A DNA stretch of 64,000 nt from Candidatus Bathyarchaeia archaeon (GCA_038871175.1 JAVZIQ010000003.1:1-64000); one strand, 5' to 3'. Shown: positions 1 through 10,259, counted from the first letter of the stretch. Made by a program: numbers and translations. Notes: generated by a model not told the origin, from the letters alone.

Positions 1-1000
1 GAACAGCTGGGATAACCGTTAACAAAGCTGTCATGTTTAGGCTTCCGCCTGTTAATAGCGGTTTGAAGATTTCTGATATTCCAGCCTCTCCCATGACGTT
101 TCTAAGGAGGAAAGCTCCATAGGCTGCTGCTGTAATTCCATAAAATCCCAGGCTTTTCAAAGGTCTGGCGAAAACTTTAACTCTTATTTTGAAAAGTATG
201 GTTAAAACTGTTAATCCGGCAAATGTGGCAATTAAAACGTCGAAACCCTGTTTTGACAAATTATAGCTTAAACAGTCTATAAAAACTGTGACAATTAGGG
301 TTGTGATTATTGGTAGGGAAGCCTTCAGAAAATTTTTAATGTATGAACCTGTTTCAGCTTTGCATTTCTCTCCCTCCATTTTCTCCTGTTTTGGAATTCT
401 CCATAATCCTATGATGTAGCCTGCAACCAACATTACAGTTACCATGGGAATTTGCCGTAGAATTATGCCTGTTAAAGTTGCACCTGTAAGGGCTGCTGTT
501 GTTATAAGCGAGGGACTTGTCGGGTAAACTGGGTAAACCGTATGTCTAAACCATATGTTTATGTAGGCCTTCATTTCAGGCTTCATTTTAAGTTTATCCG
601 CTTCAGAATCCACTATGGGCGCAGACATTAATGCCCCTCCAGCCACTGGGAGAAGGCCTATTACAGCTGGAAGCGCCCCTAAAACAATTTTGGAGTTTTT
701 AAATATTCTTTCAAGGCTTCGGCTTAAATCCTCAAGGGCTCCGGTTTCTTTGTAAAGTTGGCTTAACCACATTATCCCAAAAGTTGCAAATACAACGGCT
801 ATTGTAAGCTGTCCCTCAAGGGTTGAAGGATCTGTGGCTGACCATATTACCCGTGGAATTTCAGCCCAGTCAAGGGTTAAAAAGGCGAGGATAAGGGCTG
901 TGGCGTTCAAGGTTATTCCCAAGTTTACATGTTTGTAAAGCATAAGCCCAAGGCAGATGAAGGAGACGACGATGCCTGTTAATGGTTCAACAAATCCCAA
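1..1000 (-). CDS. Polytopic membrane protein, 3' end outside the window (permease-like, possibly DUF401 family)
   Basis: Hand translation of the minus strand gives one open hydrophobic frame from a TTG at 1000-998 (in-frame TAA just upstream) to the window edge: LGFVEPLTGIVVSFICLGLMLYK...GALPAVIGLLPVAGGALMSAPIV... It is absent from the ORF track only because it is truncated. Confidence 0.55.
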   Translation of the reverse strand, partial: MGFVEPLTGIVVSFICLGLMLYKHVNLGITLNATALILAFLTLDWAEIPRVIWSATDPSTLEGQLTIAVVFATFGIMWLSQLYKETGALEDLSRSLERIFKNSKIVLGALPAVIGLLPVAGGALMSAPIVDSEADKLKMKPEMKAYINIWFRHTVYPVYPTSPSLITTAALTGATLTGIILRQIPMVTVMLVAGYIIGLWRIPKQEKMEGEKCKAETGSYIKNFLKASLPIITTLIVTVFIDCLSYNLSKQGFDVLIATFAGLTVLTILFKIRVKVFARPLKSLGFYGITAAAYGAFLLRNVMGEAGISEIFKPLLTGGSLNMTALLTVIPAV

Positions 1001-1123
1001 GCTTTAGGCCTATCCCACATTTATAGAAAACCAGAAATTGCAGCCGAACTTTTAAACCCTTTCCCAGAACCCTTCACCCACCAACAATCCATGTGGCATT
1101 AGCCAGTGAAACAGCCCTTTGCC

Positions 1124-1735
1124 TTAGCTGGCTAGGGTAGCTATAATTGTTATTGTTAAAGGCGCAGTTATTGTTAAGATGAAGCCGCTTGTGAAAGCGG
1201 GTATTAGGGTTTCCCTGCCGCAGTAGTGGACAATTATTGGAAGGGTGGTGTCCATTGTTGTTGCACCTCCCATTGCTATTGGGACATTCCTGCCAATTTT
1301 CCTTGCAAATGGCGTGGTGACCACCGTTATAAGCTCCCTTAAAAGGTTAACCATAAAGCCTAATGCTCCCCATTCCATGCCGAAAAGCTGTCCAGCTAAT
1401 GGACCGGCTAAAGTGTACCAGCCGAAGCCAGCACACGCCCCCATAGAAGCATAAACGTTAACATTTAGAATTATTCCTCCCAAAAATCCTCCTGTAAGGG
1501 TGCCTAAAGCCGCTGATAATGGAAGTATTAGAACTCTAGCTCCAATTTTCTTCATTTTGGCTGTTGCCTCCTCATCCCCTCCGAAGGCTAAACCCATAAG
1601 GAAGAGGAGAAATACGAGGGAAAAGTTGAAAACATAATCTGAAACAAAAATTTTAAATGGCGAAAGTCCCGAAAAGCCGCTTAAATATCCAGCGAACCCG
1701 CCAATTACAAGCACAGCTAAAATATACTTCATCAT
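1124..1735 (-). CDS. Membrane protein, LysO/YbjE (DUF340)-like C-terminal module
   Basis: 203-aa all-hydrophobic ORF with a 4-nt overlap to the upstream 98-aa membrane ORF. The two together match the length of single-chain YbjE-type exporters (from memory). The family call is tentative. Confidence 0.45.
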   Translation of the reverse strand: MMKYILAVLVIGGFAGYLSGFSGLSPFKIFVSDYVFNFSLVFLLFLMGLAFGGDEEATAKMKKIGARVLILPLSAALGTLTGGFLGGIILNVNVYASMGACAGFGWYTLAGPLAGQLFGMEWGALGFMVNLLRELITVVTTPFARKIGRNVPIAMGGATTMDTTLPIIVHYCGRETLIPAFTSGFILTITAPLTITIIATLAS

Positions 1736-2028
1736 ACTCTCACCATTTTGCCCAATGCCTTAATGAATAATATGGTAAAAATAAGCGTCATAGCCGAAAG
1801 CACAACTGCCTTAAACCCTGCATCTGGCATAACAGCTAAAAGCTCATTATTAGAACCAACAGTAAAGCCAAGGGAGAAAACGAGGAATAGAATAACCCAG
1901 AAGATTAGCCTGTCAAGGTTTAAGCGTTTCTTCCCCCTCCTTAAAATGTAGCCTAAAACCAAGCCGAGAAAAAGGGGGATGAAAACCCTTAAAACATCCA
2001 ATGGGTTAACCACACAACCACCGCCCAC
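1732..2028 (-). CDS. Small membrane protein, LysO/YbjE-like N-terminal module
   Basis: 98-aa ORF with about 3 TM segments, translationally coupled (overlap at 1732-1735) to ORF 1124-1735. Confidence 0.4.
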   Translation of the reverse strand: MGGGCVVNPLDVLRVFIPLFLGLVLGYILRRGKKRLNLDRLIFWVILFLVFSLGFTVGSNNELLAVMPDAGFKAVVLSAMTLIFTILFIKALGKMVRV

Positions 2029-2206
2029 ACCATGACCCTGAAAATATAAACAGTCAACATTTAACCTTATCTAAAAGACAAGTTTCGCTCCATAATTTGC
2101 CGCTGTAGCTTTTCATGGCTAAACGTTCAAATATGCCAATAAAATGGAACACGTTTCTTAACAATTTGAGGCTTATCCATTGTTTGGAAGCTAACAAGGA
2201 GGACTT

Positions 2207-2743
2207 CTATGTTTTACTTAGGTGTTGGCAGGTTAGGAGTAAGGCTATTAACGTTTTGGAATCCGCTATCCTCTCGCTTAAAATTGTTTTTAAAGCTTCA
2301 TTGGGCTTTATCTCTTCAACTTCAATGAGTTCTCCTGGTTCCGGTTTTCTTCCAACATGTTTTAGGCCTTCAGCTAGGTATATGTGGAGGACTTCGTCGC
2401 TGTATCCTGGGCTCATGCATATGGAAGCCAGCTTGGTTAGCTTTTCTGCTTTGTAGCCTATTTCTTCAGCAAGTTCTCTATGGGCAGTTTCTTCTGGATT
2501 TTCATGAGGCTCAATTCTTCCAGCTGGAACTTCTAGTATCCAGCTGTTTATTGGAGCCCTAAACTGTTTAACGAGAACAATTGATCCATTTTCTTTTAAA
2601 GGTGTGATGGCCACAGACTGTCCAAATTTCACTATGTCTCTCTTGAAAGTTGAGCCTTTGTGCTTGTAAGTTCTCTCTGCCAAGACCACTCTTTTACCTT
2701 TGCATAAAACCTTCTCTTCAATTAGCTCTACTTTGCTGTCCAA
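2207..2743 (-). CDS. NUDIX hydrolase (ADP-ribose pyrophosphatase-like)
   Basis: Nudix box GRIEPHENPEETAHRELAEEIGY (GX5EX7REUXEEXGU) in a 178-aa ORF. Confidence 0.9.
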   Translation of the reverse strand: MDSKVELIEEKVLCKGKRVVLAERTYKHKGSTFKRDIVKFGQSVAITPLKENGSIVLVKQFRAPINSWILEVPAGRIEPHENPEETAHRELAEEIGYKAEKLTKLASICMSPGYSDEVLHIYLAEGLKHVGRKPEPGELIEVEEIKPNEALKTILSERIADSKTLIALLLTCQHLSKT

Positions 2744-2779
2744 TTTTAAACCTTGCCCTTTTAATTTGCCTAATTGAGT

Positions 2780-3661
2780 TTAAATTTGCTGGGATGGTTT
2801 TTTATGGAACCCTAACTCTTCACAGATTATTTCCTTCACTATGGCGTTTGTAAGTAGATCTATGTTTTTAAATGTGTCTTCTGTGAATGTGGGGAAAACT
2901 TCGCCTATAACTTTCTTAATCTTCAATTTGTAGTTTAGGGGAAGATGTTCCATTTTTCTCTCTATGAAGGCTTTTATTTCACCGCCAAACTTTGAGTCTT
3001 CGGTTAGGGGTATGGCGCAGCTTATGTCACGTACGGTCATGGTGAGGTAGGTTATTCGTTCCATGGGTTTTTCTTTAACAGCCTCCCATGATAGAATTTC
3101 CTCAGGGATTGGCTCAAGGATGTATTTTGCGTAGGCTATTTGATCCTCGATAAATCCGCTTTCAACAAGGTACTTTGTAACCATATACTCCTTCACAGCC
3201 ATTGAAGTTCCGTAAATAATTTTAACTGCGGATTCTTGGGGAAAGCTATGTTCAGCCATAATCCTCCTTAACTCGAATGGAAATTTAATTCTGTAGAATT
3301 CTGGGGTTCCATGAATTATGGAGTGGGCAACCTGACGTCTAACCCCTCCTAAAGCCACGTTTAAAGGAAGGGTTGAAATCTTATCCATGTAAATGCTTAT
3401 TGTAGGCGTTCCTCTGGAGGCGTCATGGCATGCGAAAAATCCTCCCTCCTCAGAGCTTTCAAAAACTCTTAGGTTTACAGAGTATGTGATGGGAGGGCCT
3501 AAACGTTCATAACTTTCAATCATAACACTTAAAATCTTCTCTAATAAGGCTTCGTTAAACTCGCCGAACCTCTCAATTTTTATAATTCTCTTAAACAATT
3601 CACCCACCGGTTTCCCTCCATATAATATTTCTAAGTTTAAACCAAAAACTTTTTGAACCAT
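2780..3661 (-). CDS. Hypothetical protein (293 aa)
   Basis: Long ORF that overlaps the upstream hydrolase gene by 25 nt, so it is probably operonic. I recognise no motif except a possible HxxxH (VAHSIIHG). Confidence 0.5.
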   Translation of the reverse strand: MVQKVFGLNLEILYGGKPVGELFKRIIKIERFGEFNEALLEKILSVMIESYERLGPPITYSVNLRVFESSEEGGFFACHDASRGTPTISIYMDKISTLPLNVALGGVRRQVAHSIIHGTPEFYRIKFPFELRRIMAEHSFPQESAVKIIYGTSMAVKEYMVTKYLVESGFIEDQIAYAKYILEPIPEEILSWEAVKEKPMERITYLTMTVRDISCAIPLTEDSKFGGEIKAFIERKMEHLPLNYKLKIKKVIGEVFPTFTEDTFKNIDLLTNAIVKEIICEELGFHKKPSQQI

Positions 3662-4371
3662 TCCAAGATTAAAGCCAAAGCCTTATCTAAACCCCTTGAA
3701 AAAACATGGTCAGCATTCTCCACTATTTCAATTCTTTTGGGAGTGGAAGCCGCTTCATAAAGCCTATAGGCATGTTCAACTGGGACAAGCTCATCTGACC
3801 CTCCGTGGATAACTAGAATAGGAGGAACATTCCTAACAAGGCTTAAAAGATCATAGCCTTTCAAATCTTCAAGGAAGCTTTTCTTAAGCCTCCTTCCCGA
3901 TGGAAGCCTAATGTATCCATCTTCTTCTCTGAGGATTTCTGAATCTTCAGACCATGGTATCTTGTAAGGGGATGCCAAAGTAACCATGGCCCTAATCCTT
4001 TTCTCCCCAGCTGCTATTGCAACCATGCCTCCGAAGCTTGAACCTATAACGCCTAACTTTTCTAAATCAACCCTGCCTGTGCTTTCAAGAAATCTTAAAG
4101 CAGCCCTGTAATCTTCAATTCGGCCTGTTAAACATGTATCCTCAAAATCACCCTCACTTTTTTCCAGGCCCTCCCCACAACCTCGAAAGTTGAATCTTAA
4201 ACATGCATAACCCTCCATGTAAAGCCTTGAAGCAATAGCCAGCCACTTATCGCTGCCTTTTTCGCCCTCGAGGCCATGCAAAGTTATAATGCAGGGTGCA
4301 CCTTCAAATGGAAGGTGAAGGTTCCCAGAAATCTTTCGTCCGCCAGAGTAAAACCTCACAGGCTCAATCAT
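3637..4371 (-). CDS. Alpha/beta-fold hydrolase
   Basis: Nucleophile elbow GSSFGG, a C-terminal HGGSDELVP...ADH arrangement typical of dienelactone-hydrolase or peptidase S9-like folds, 244 aa. Confidence 0.85.
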   Translation of the reverse strand: MIEPVRFYSGGRKISGNLHLPFEGAPCIITLHGLEGEKGSDKWLAIASRLYMEGYACLRFNFRGCGEGLEKSEGDFEDTCLTGRIEDYRAALRFLESTGRVDLEKLGVIGSSFGGMVAIAAGEKRIRAMVTLASPYKIPWSEDSEILREEDGYIRLPSGRRLKKSFLEDLKGYDLLSLVRNVPPILVIHGGSDELVPVEHAYRLYEAASTPKRIEIVENADHVFSRGLDKALALILEWFKKFLV

Positions 4372-4599
4372 CCCTTATTAAACACCCCAATAAAACTTGT
4401 TACAAGGCTATTTATTTTAACTTAACTTTAAAGGTTATTATAACCTTAACTGTTAGGAGAACCATTAAAATAAACCCCTTTTTCAAAGGTATCCCTTTTA
4501 TTTTTTCTCATGTTTTTGTGAATAAAATTTAAAATCATGCTCATTTTTCGTTGCTTAAGTTAGCTAATCCTTTCAGCATTTGGATGGGAGGTTTGCCAA

Positions 4600-5223
4600 G
4601 TGGCTCAGCCTTCAGAAAACGTTGAAAAGAATTTGAGTTTGCTTCGGGTTTCCTGGATTAAGTCCTCTATAGTTTTAGGAGTAGTCTTTGTAATTTTTGG
4701 GTTAACAGCGATTTTAATCATTAAATTTTTAGATTTGGAAGGCTTACATCTTTTCTATGATGCGAAGGCTTTCGTTAATGATTATGGCTTGATAGGAATT
4801 TTCTTGGCAACAATTTTAGCGGGCACTGTGGTTCCCCTTGGAAGTCCAGCCATAGTTGTGGCGGCGGCCTCCTTAGGGGTTAATCCAAGCCATCTGATTT
4901 GCGTATCTACAGCTGGTTTCACAATTGGCATGGCTGTTAATTATGGCTTAGCTTATGGTCTTGGAAGGCCTTATGTCATGAAGAAGGTTGGCGAGTGGAG
5001 GCTTAAGGAGATTTCAGCCCTGTGGAGTAGGTGGGGATGGATTATTTATGCCTTTTTTGGACTAGTACCCTTTCTACCTGTGGAGTTCTTATCTCTGTTT
5101 TGTGGTTTGATAAAAGCTCGGTTCATCCATTTTTTAGCCTTGACATTTATACCGAGATTCTTTGTTTTCGCATTTCTAGTATATTTTGGAGCCATGCTTA
5201 GCGGTTGGCTTGGAATATCCTAA
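4600..5223 (+). CDS. Membrane protein, DedA/YqaA (VTT domain)-like
   Basis: 207-aa ORF with a GTG start. Multi-TM, with a GTVVPLGSPAIVVAAA segment reminiscent of YqaA/DedA proteins. Confidence 0.5.
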   Translation: MAQPSENVEKNLSLLRVSWIKSSIVLGVVFVIFGLTAILIIKFLDLEGLHLFYDAKAFVNDYGLIGIFLATILAGTVVPLGSPAIVVAAASLGVNPSHLICVSTAGFTIGMAVNYGLAYGLGRPYVMKKVGEWRLKEISALWSRWGWIIYAFFGLVPFLPVEFLSLFCGLIKARFIHFLALTFIPRFFVFAFLVYFGAMLSGWLGIS

Positions 5224-5324
5224 ATCGATTTAAATTCAAATTTTCCTGATGGCTTATTTGGCTTGGAGCATATTTTAGCATGAATTGATAAAAGCAATCA
5301 TGTGGATAAATGGTTTTGGTTTTG

Positions 5325-6167
5325 TTAAGTAAATCCTCCTAGAAGGAGGGATGCTAGGGTTGCGATTACAACTATGACTAGGGTTTCAAGGAGGGTTATT
5401 TTCCAGTTCACCCTTGTCTTTCTGGAGCGGTATTGTACGAGGAACACGCCTACAGCCACTCCTACAAATCCAAGGGCTGTTAGGATGTTAACTGGGTTTG
5501 GCAGGGCTAGATAGGCTGTTATTGGGATGATTCCAGCAAAGAAGGTTGTTGCGCTGCATATCATGGCAGCGTATAGGTTTGCCCGATTCACCTCTCTCCT
5601 TAAAATTGTAAACAAATTTTTAAGCAGAATTATGGATTTGTCCCTTTCCTTTTTGTCAGGAATATCACTGAGGCTGAAGTTCATTAAGGTTTGAAGAGTT
5701 GTAATGTCAGCTAAATCTTCAGTTATTCCGCCTAAAAGGAAGCTTGAAAAGTTTGTTATGGCAACAGCAGTCAAAGTTAGAAGGGCAGCGAAAGCAACCG
5801 CCTTAAATGATAAACCTGACATAAAAGAGGATAAAACCACAACAAGGCCTGTTATGGAACCGTCAACAATGCCTGCAACAACCTCCATTATAGGATCCTT
5901 CTTCAAAAGAAGGCTTTCCCACTCTCTGCTTAACCTTAAACCTCGAGGGGTTAAACAAACCCATCCACCCTCTTCACAGATTAATCCTTCAGAAGCCATT
6001 TCCTTTAACGCCCTCTCCAAATCGCCCATCTCAACACATACACGTCCAGCACAGACCCTGTCAATACGCCTTTTAAGAGAAACCTTCCCCAACTTTGACT
6101 TTTTCCTCAAACTCAACAAAACAACAACTTTAATAACGTCGGGCAACTCTTGAATCTCAAAGGACAC
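5325..6167 (-). CDS. Membrane protein with N-terminal winged-helix-like region and VIT1/CCC1-like C-terminal domain
   Basis: AGIVDGSITGLVVVLS, AITNFSSFLLGGITEDLAD and the C-terminal TM helices resemble the VIT1 family layout. The N-terminal 90 aa is soluble and basic. Confidence 0.4.
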   Translation of the reverse strand: MSFEIQELPDVIKVVVLLSLRKKSKLGKVSLKRRIDRVCAGRVCVEMGDLERALKEMASEGLICEEGGWVCLTPRGLRLSREWESLLLKKDPIMEVVAGIVDGSITGLVVVLSSFMSGLSFKAVAFAALLTLTAVAITNFSSFLLGGITEDLADITTLQTLMNFSLSDIPDKKERDKSIILLKNLFTILRREVNRANLYAAMICSATTFFAGIIPITAYLALPNPVNILTALGFVGVAVGVFLVQYRSRKTRVNWKITLLETLVIVVIATLASLLLGGFT

Positions 6168-6594
6168 TCAGCAGATCACCGTTAAACATACACAGCAAAC
6201 ACTCATAACAATCTAATAACTGATAGTTAAATGTTTTCGAAAAGGCTAAAAACTTTCATAAACCCTAAAAATTGCATACCAATCTTTAAACCAAAATTTT
6301 TCATTGGGGGTCTCTTCGCTTAATGAAAGCATTTCACTTACAGCCAAATAATACGGCTGTTCTAGGTATAAGTGAAACTGAAATAATGACCAGTTTGGAA
6401 AAGTGAATCTTAAACGGTATCAGGAGACGAGAATTGGACAAAAAAGGAATACACTACACTATTGCCATTTCCACGACAAATTCGAAAACGCCTTTAATTA
6501 CAAATACTTAATCAAATTTAACTATGAAAGCAATAAAATCTCCAGGAAAGAAAATAAATAAGCCTTCGCATAAAATGTCGTAGTCCATCCTAAA

Positions 6595-6672
6595 GCGGCC
6601 GTAGTCTAGCCTGGGCTAGGACATCAGCCTGCCACGCTGACGACCCGGGTTCAAATCCCGGCGGCCGCACCA
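6595..6672 (+). tRNA. tRNA-Gly (GCC), CCA encoded
   Basis: Cloverleaf folded by hand: acceptor GCGGCCG/CGGCCGC, anticodon stem TCAGC/GCTGA with loop CTGCCAC, T arm CCGGG-TTCAAAT-CCCGG, discriminator A plus CCA. Confidence 0.9.
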
Positions 6673-6698
6673 TCGTTTGGACAAAACATCAGCACTTT

Positions 6699-7927
6699 TC
6701 ACTTACGCTTCCTAAACAGTTTTACGCCTTCAACTTCGCATACGTATTCAAACCCGGCTTCAATCAGCTCAGCAGCCTGCTCAACGGTTTTGGCAGCTTT
6801 GCAGACATAAGCGTCTTCAGCGTCGCCGTTTATCAACTGAGTGTAAACAAACGTGTTCTTAATGTTTCTATGGCCCAGCACCTGCATTACATGGAGTATG
6901 TCCTTGGTTTTATGATATTCCATTGTAGCCTTCCAGTGGCGCAAAGTGCGAAACGATATTTTCAGAAGCCTTGAGTTTCCAAGCTTATGGGCAATTCTTT
7001 TACGGTTTCTTTCAAAGGTGCAGCTTAGGCTTCTTAGGCTTCCATAATTGCTGAATATGTTTTCGCCCTTTTTTGGAAGGCTGTTAAGCATGCTGACGAG
7101 TTTGTTTGAGATTTTGAGGATTCTCGGGTTGCTTCCCTTTTCAGGGGTTATTCTCACGGTTTTTGCTTTTGTGTCGATGTCGATCCATTTCAAGTTGAAG
7201 ATTTCGCCCGCTCTGGCGCCGGTTTCCTTTGTAATTTGAAGGAATGTGCAATTTGTTTGTTGCATCCTGCGATGAGGTCGTCGATTTCTCTTTCAAGGGG
7301 AATGAACGGAAGTTTTCTTATGGCCTTGTATCTTGGTTTTTCCCATTTTAAGCCGGCCCATTTTGCAAAGAGGTCGTAGGCGTAAGCTGTTGTTTCTTTG
7401 CCTGAGTCACTCCATTTCTGTGCAGCTATGGCTTCCTTAACGCTTTCTGGGTCTAGCAGGTTTGCTCCAAGCTTTACAAGCCTTCTAAGCCTTGAACCTT
7501 TACCGCGTATTGTTGTGTCTTTGTATCCTTGCTTTTTCATCCACCAGAGGAATTCAAGGAGTTTTCCCTGAAGCTCAGTTTGGCCAGGCTTCACTGTTGC
7601 CCCCGCAGCCCGCTGTTCAGCGTGGGTTTTAACTTCGGTCAAGGCTTGCACCGCCCTCTGGGCGGAGGACGCTGCGCATGATGCCTCATAGCTTCCTTGA
7701 CAATTAGAAGTTAAGCCATCAGCGCAATTTAAAATCTGCCTATCAACTTTTGAGGCATGTTGAAACTTTTCTGAACAGTTGAGATTTTTCTCGGTGAAGC
7801 GGTAACCGCACGTTCTACATAACCAACGTTGAAGGCTTGAGCCGTCTGCCAAATAGCGTAAACCGTCTCTGTAAAGCGTTGTGCCTCCGCATATTGGACA
7901 GGCAAGTGTTTCGGGCTTGGATGCCAC
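6699..7927 (-). pseudogene. Tyrosine recombinase/integrase split by a single-base frameshift near 7246-7248
   Basis: ORF 7190-7927 has an N-terminal Zn ribbon (CPICG...CRTCG) and a core-binding region. ORF 6699-7265 has the catalytic domain (ETGARAGE, LRHWKAT, LGHRNIKNTFVYTQL). The frames switch inside ...LIAGCNKQIA|TFLQITKETG..., consistent with one missing A. Confidence 0.8.
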
Positions 7928-7931
7928 TTGT

Positions 7932-9725
7932 TTAGGCGTCTCCTGTCTGCTGTTTTTCCCATATTTCTTTACAGTCTTCGCATAGCCACAAGCTTTCGCC
8001 TTTGAATGGTTCAGCCTTCCAGCTTGTCAGCTTAGTGTAGCCGCAGACCTCGCATTTGTGCCAGCCGTAAAAGCCGTCGCTCCAGTGGACAGCCTTAAAA
8101 TTCCGCAATTTGTTGATTTTTTCGTTTTCAACTAATTTTGAAGCACTTTCTGTCAAAGAGGCTTTGTTTGTGGTTAAAGAAATATTTGCACACATGCCTG
8201 TTTCGCTCTGGAAGTGTTTAGCGTATAGATCCTCAACGGTGATTTCGCGTTCGCTGATAATGTTTTCTTTAAGCGAGAGGGTGTTGTGTGCAAATATTTT
8301 TTCAGCGCCTTTCAGCCACTCTTTTAGCGTTTCAATGGTGAAAATAGACGAAAACTGCGAATTCAACAAATTGCGGGATTTTTCACCATTATGAATCGCC
8401 TCGTAAAGTTGACGTCTTTTGTCTGCTGGGTCGGGCTTGCTTGTTAAATAGCCTATGCTGCAGAGAAAAGCGGCCCATCTTCTTACGGCGTCGCTTGACT
8501 TCTTTTCCTCTGCTCGACCTTTCCATTTCTCCGTCAACTCTTCAAGGGTGAACTCTTCTTTTTCTTTGGCCAGCGGCTCAACAGCCTCGTGGTAGAATCT
8601 GATTATGTGTCCTGGCGCAGAGGTTTCCGTTGTTTCCCGGATGTTTTGCCACAGCGCCATTACAAAGTCGTAGTCGCGCCGTGTCACCATTATGTAGCGT
8701 TCTTCAATTTCCTTGCATTGACTGGTTGAGGAGTCTTCCGCTGCCTTTTCTGGTTTGATTTTTCTTATTACCAGCGGTCTTTGGGCGAAGTGGAAAAGCG
8801 CGGAGACTTTGACGAGGTTTGTTAGGTGCTTGAAGTCGCGCATTGAGCGTGGCGAGCGGCTTGGGAAAGCCTCGGCGAATTTCATTGCGTATGGGTCCAC
8901 GGCTTTTATTTCGCTTAGGTGGTTTTTTAGAAAGCGTATGTAGCCTTCTAGGAGCATGTAGTCAAAGTCGTTTTGGAAAATCCATGGGTAAGCTGCCTTC
9001 TTGCCTGTTAGGATGTTTGCTGCCTGATACTTTTTCTGGGTCATTTCAGGGGTTATGGTGAAGCCTCTTGTGGCGAGGTCCTGCACGTATTTTTCCTGAG
9101 TGCTGCAGAATATCGTGGCAGGCCAGCCTTGGATTATGACATGTTGCGTTTGCAACTGATCTTTGCCCGACTTGTCCGTAAAGCGATAACTAATTTGGTA
9201 GGCGTCGTGGCTTAGGATTGACCTTAACATGTTGAAGGTTTCAAAGTGCGGCGCTTCTAAGAATACAAGTATTTTGCCGCTTAACTCGACTAGGTAACGA
9301 GTGTCTTTCAGCTTTTGAATCCAAGCTTCTTTCTCTTCTGGCGATGCGTCTTTGTCTGGCTTGTGGGATGGCAGTATTAGGTCTCCATTTTCGTCGATGA
9401 GAATGCCATGTTGATGGATTAACGCGGTTGGGCTTAGTCCACCGAGAAGCCAAACATCGTCTTTTGGAAAATATTTTAGGGCTTGCACTACATTGTAGCT
9501 TTTTCCTATGCTGCTTTCTCCCCGCAAAAACAGGTTTATGGGTTCAGGCGTGTAGGCGCTTAGGGCTGTTAGGAAAACCATGTTTTTTGTTATGATGTCC
9601 CTGCGCACGGTTCGGCTTAAATGCCTAAGGAATTTGCTGTAAAGCCTTGGATCTACGGCGAGCAGGTCTCCAGCCTTGAAGCCTCCGAGCGTTTTGAGTT
9701 CTGCAAGGTTGAAGAGGCTGCTCAT
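7932..9725 (-). CDS. P-loop NTPase with C-terminal zinc ribbon (putative replication/helicase-type protein of the integrated element)
   Basis: Walker A LRGESSIGKS, a hydrophobic strand plus acidic residue ILVFLEAP (Walker B-like), and C-terminal CEVCG...CEDC. The gene ends 5 nt before the integrase start. Confidence 0.55.
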   Translation of the reverse strand: MSSLFNLAELKTLGGFKAGDLLAVDPRLYSKFLRHLSRTVRRDIITKNMVFLTALSAYTPEPINLFLRGESSIGKSYNVVQALKYFPKDDVWLLGGLSPTALIHQHGILIDENGDLILPSHKPDKDASPEEKEAWIQKLKDTRYLVELSGKILVFLEAPHFETFNMLRSILSHDAYQISYRFTDKSGKDQLQTQHVIIQGWPATIFCSTQEKYVQDLATRGFTITPEMTQKKYQAANILTGKKAAYPWIFQNDFDYMLLEGYIRFLKNHLSEIKAVDPYAMKFAEAFPSRSPRSMRDFKHLTNLVKVSALFHFAQRPLVIRKIKPEKAAEDSSTSQCKEIEERYIMVTRRDYDFVMALWQNIRETTETSAPGHIIRFYHEAVEPLAKEKEEFTLEELTEKWKGRAEEKKSSDAVRRWAAFLCSIGYLTSKPDPADKRRQLYEAIHNGEKSRNLLNSQFSSIFTIETLKEWLKGAEKIFAHNTLSLKENIISEREITVEDLYAKHFQSETGMCANISLTTNKASLTESASKLVENEKINKLRNFKAVHWSDGFYGWHKCEVCGYTKLTSWKAEPFKGESLWLCEDCKEIWEKQQTGDA

Positions 9726-9755
9726 CGCTGCACGCTCGCCAGAAAAGCTTATGCT

Positions 9756-10082
9756 TTATTGGGTTTTGGCGGTTGTTTGGTTTCGTTTTTTGCGTCCGAC
9801 TGTGGCGCCGTTCTGGAAAACCCAGTAAAACCATCCTTCGCGAGTTAGGCGTCCTCCATGAGCCTGCAAATCCTTAAGCATGGCCTTAAAATCCGAATTG
9901 TCCAAGTCTTCGCTTCTTTGATAAGGTCCTGCTGAGCCTTCTGCCCGCTCCCATTTTATGGCTTCTGGGTCCCAGCCGATTTTGGTTTGTTTAATGAGTT
10001 GTCGTGCGCTTGCTATTCCGGCTTCAACAGCGTTCAAGAATTCTAAAAGCGCTATTGTGGCTGTGTCTTCTTTTTCTGTCAT
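9756..10082 (-). CDS. Hypothetical protein of the integrated element (108 aa)
   Basis: Its ATG overlaps (ATGA) the stop of the restored RHH gene upstream. No motif recognised. Confidence 0.5.
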   Translation of the reverse strand: MTEKEDTATIALLEFLNAVEAGIASARQLIKQTKIGWDPEAIKWERAEGSAGPYQRSEDLDNSDFKAMLKDLQAHGGRLTREGWFYWVFQNGATVGRKKRNQTTAKTQ

Positions 10083-10259
10083 GGCAGGTACGCCTCTTCC
10101 GTGGCGGGTTTTTCCTTGTGTTCGTAGTCTTCTAGGTGTTGGTCTAGGGCTTCGGCTATTTTGCGGTCTATAAGCTCTTTTATGGCTGTTTCTGATGATT
10201 TGTTTAGGTCTTTTAGGAGTTTAATTATTTTTTGGAGTTCTTCAGCGGACAGTATGCGC
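10079..10259 (-). pseudogene. C-terminal part of the IS-interrupted RHH-domain gene
   Basis: Minus-strand frame RILSAEELQKIIKLLKDLNKSSETAIKELIDRKIAEALDQHLEDYEHKEKPATEEAYLP*. It is in frame with ORF 12508-12738 once 10260-12514 is removed. Confidence 0.7.
10253..10259. repeat. Left copy of the 7-bp direct repeat TATGCGC (target-site duplication)
   Basis: Identical heptamer at 12508-12514. The two copies bracket the 2248-bp IS chimera. Confidence 0.65.

Noticed and set aside
7729-7962. A 77-aa ORF overlapping the integrase start and the end of the NTPase gene.
   Set aside because: It is in an alternative frame of two well-supported genes and has no motif or translation signals.
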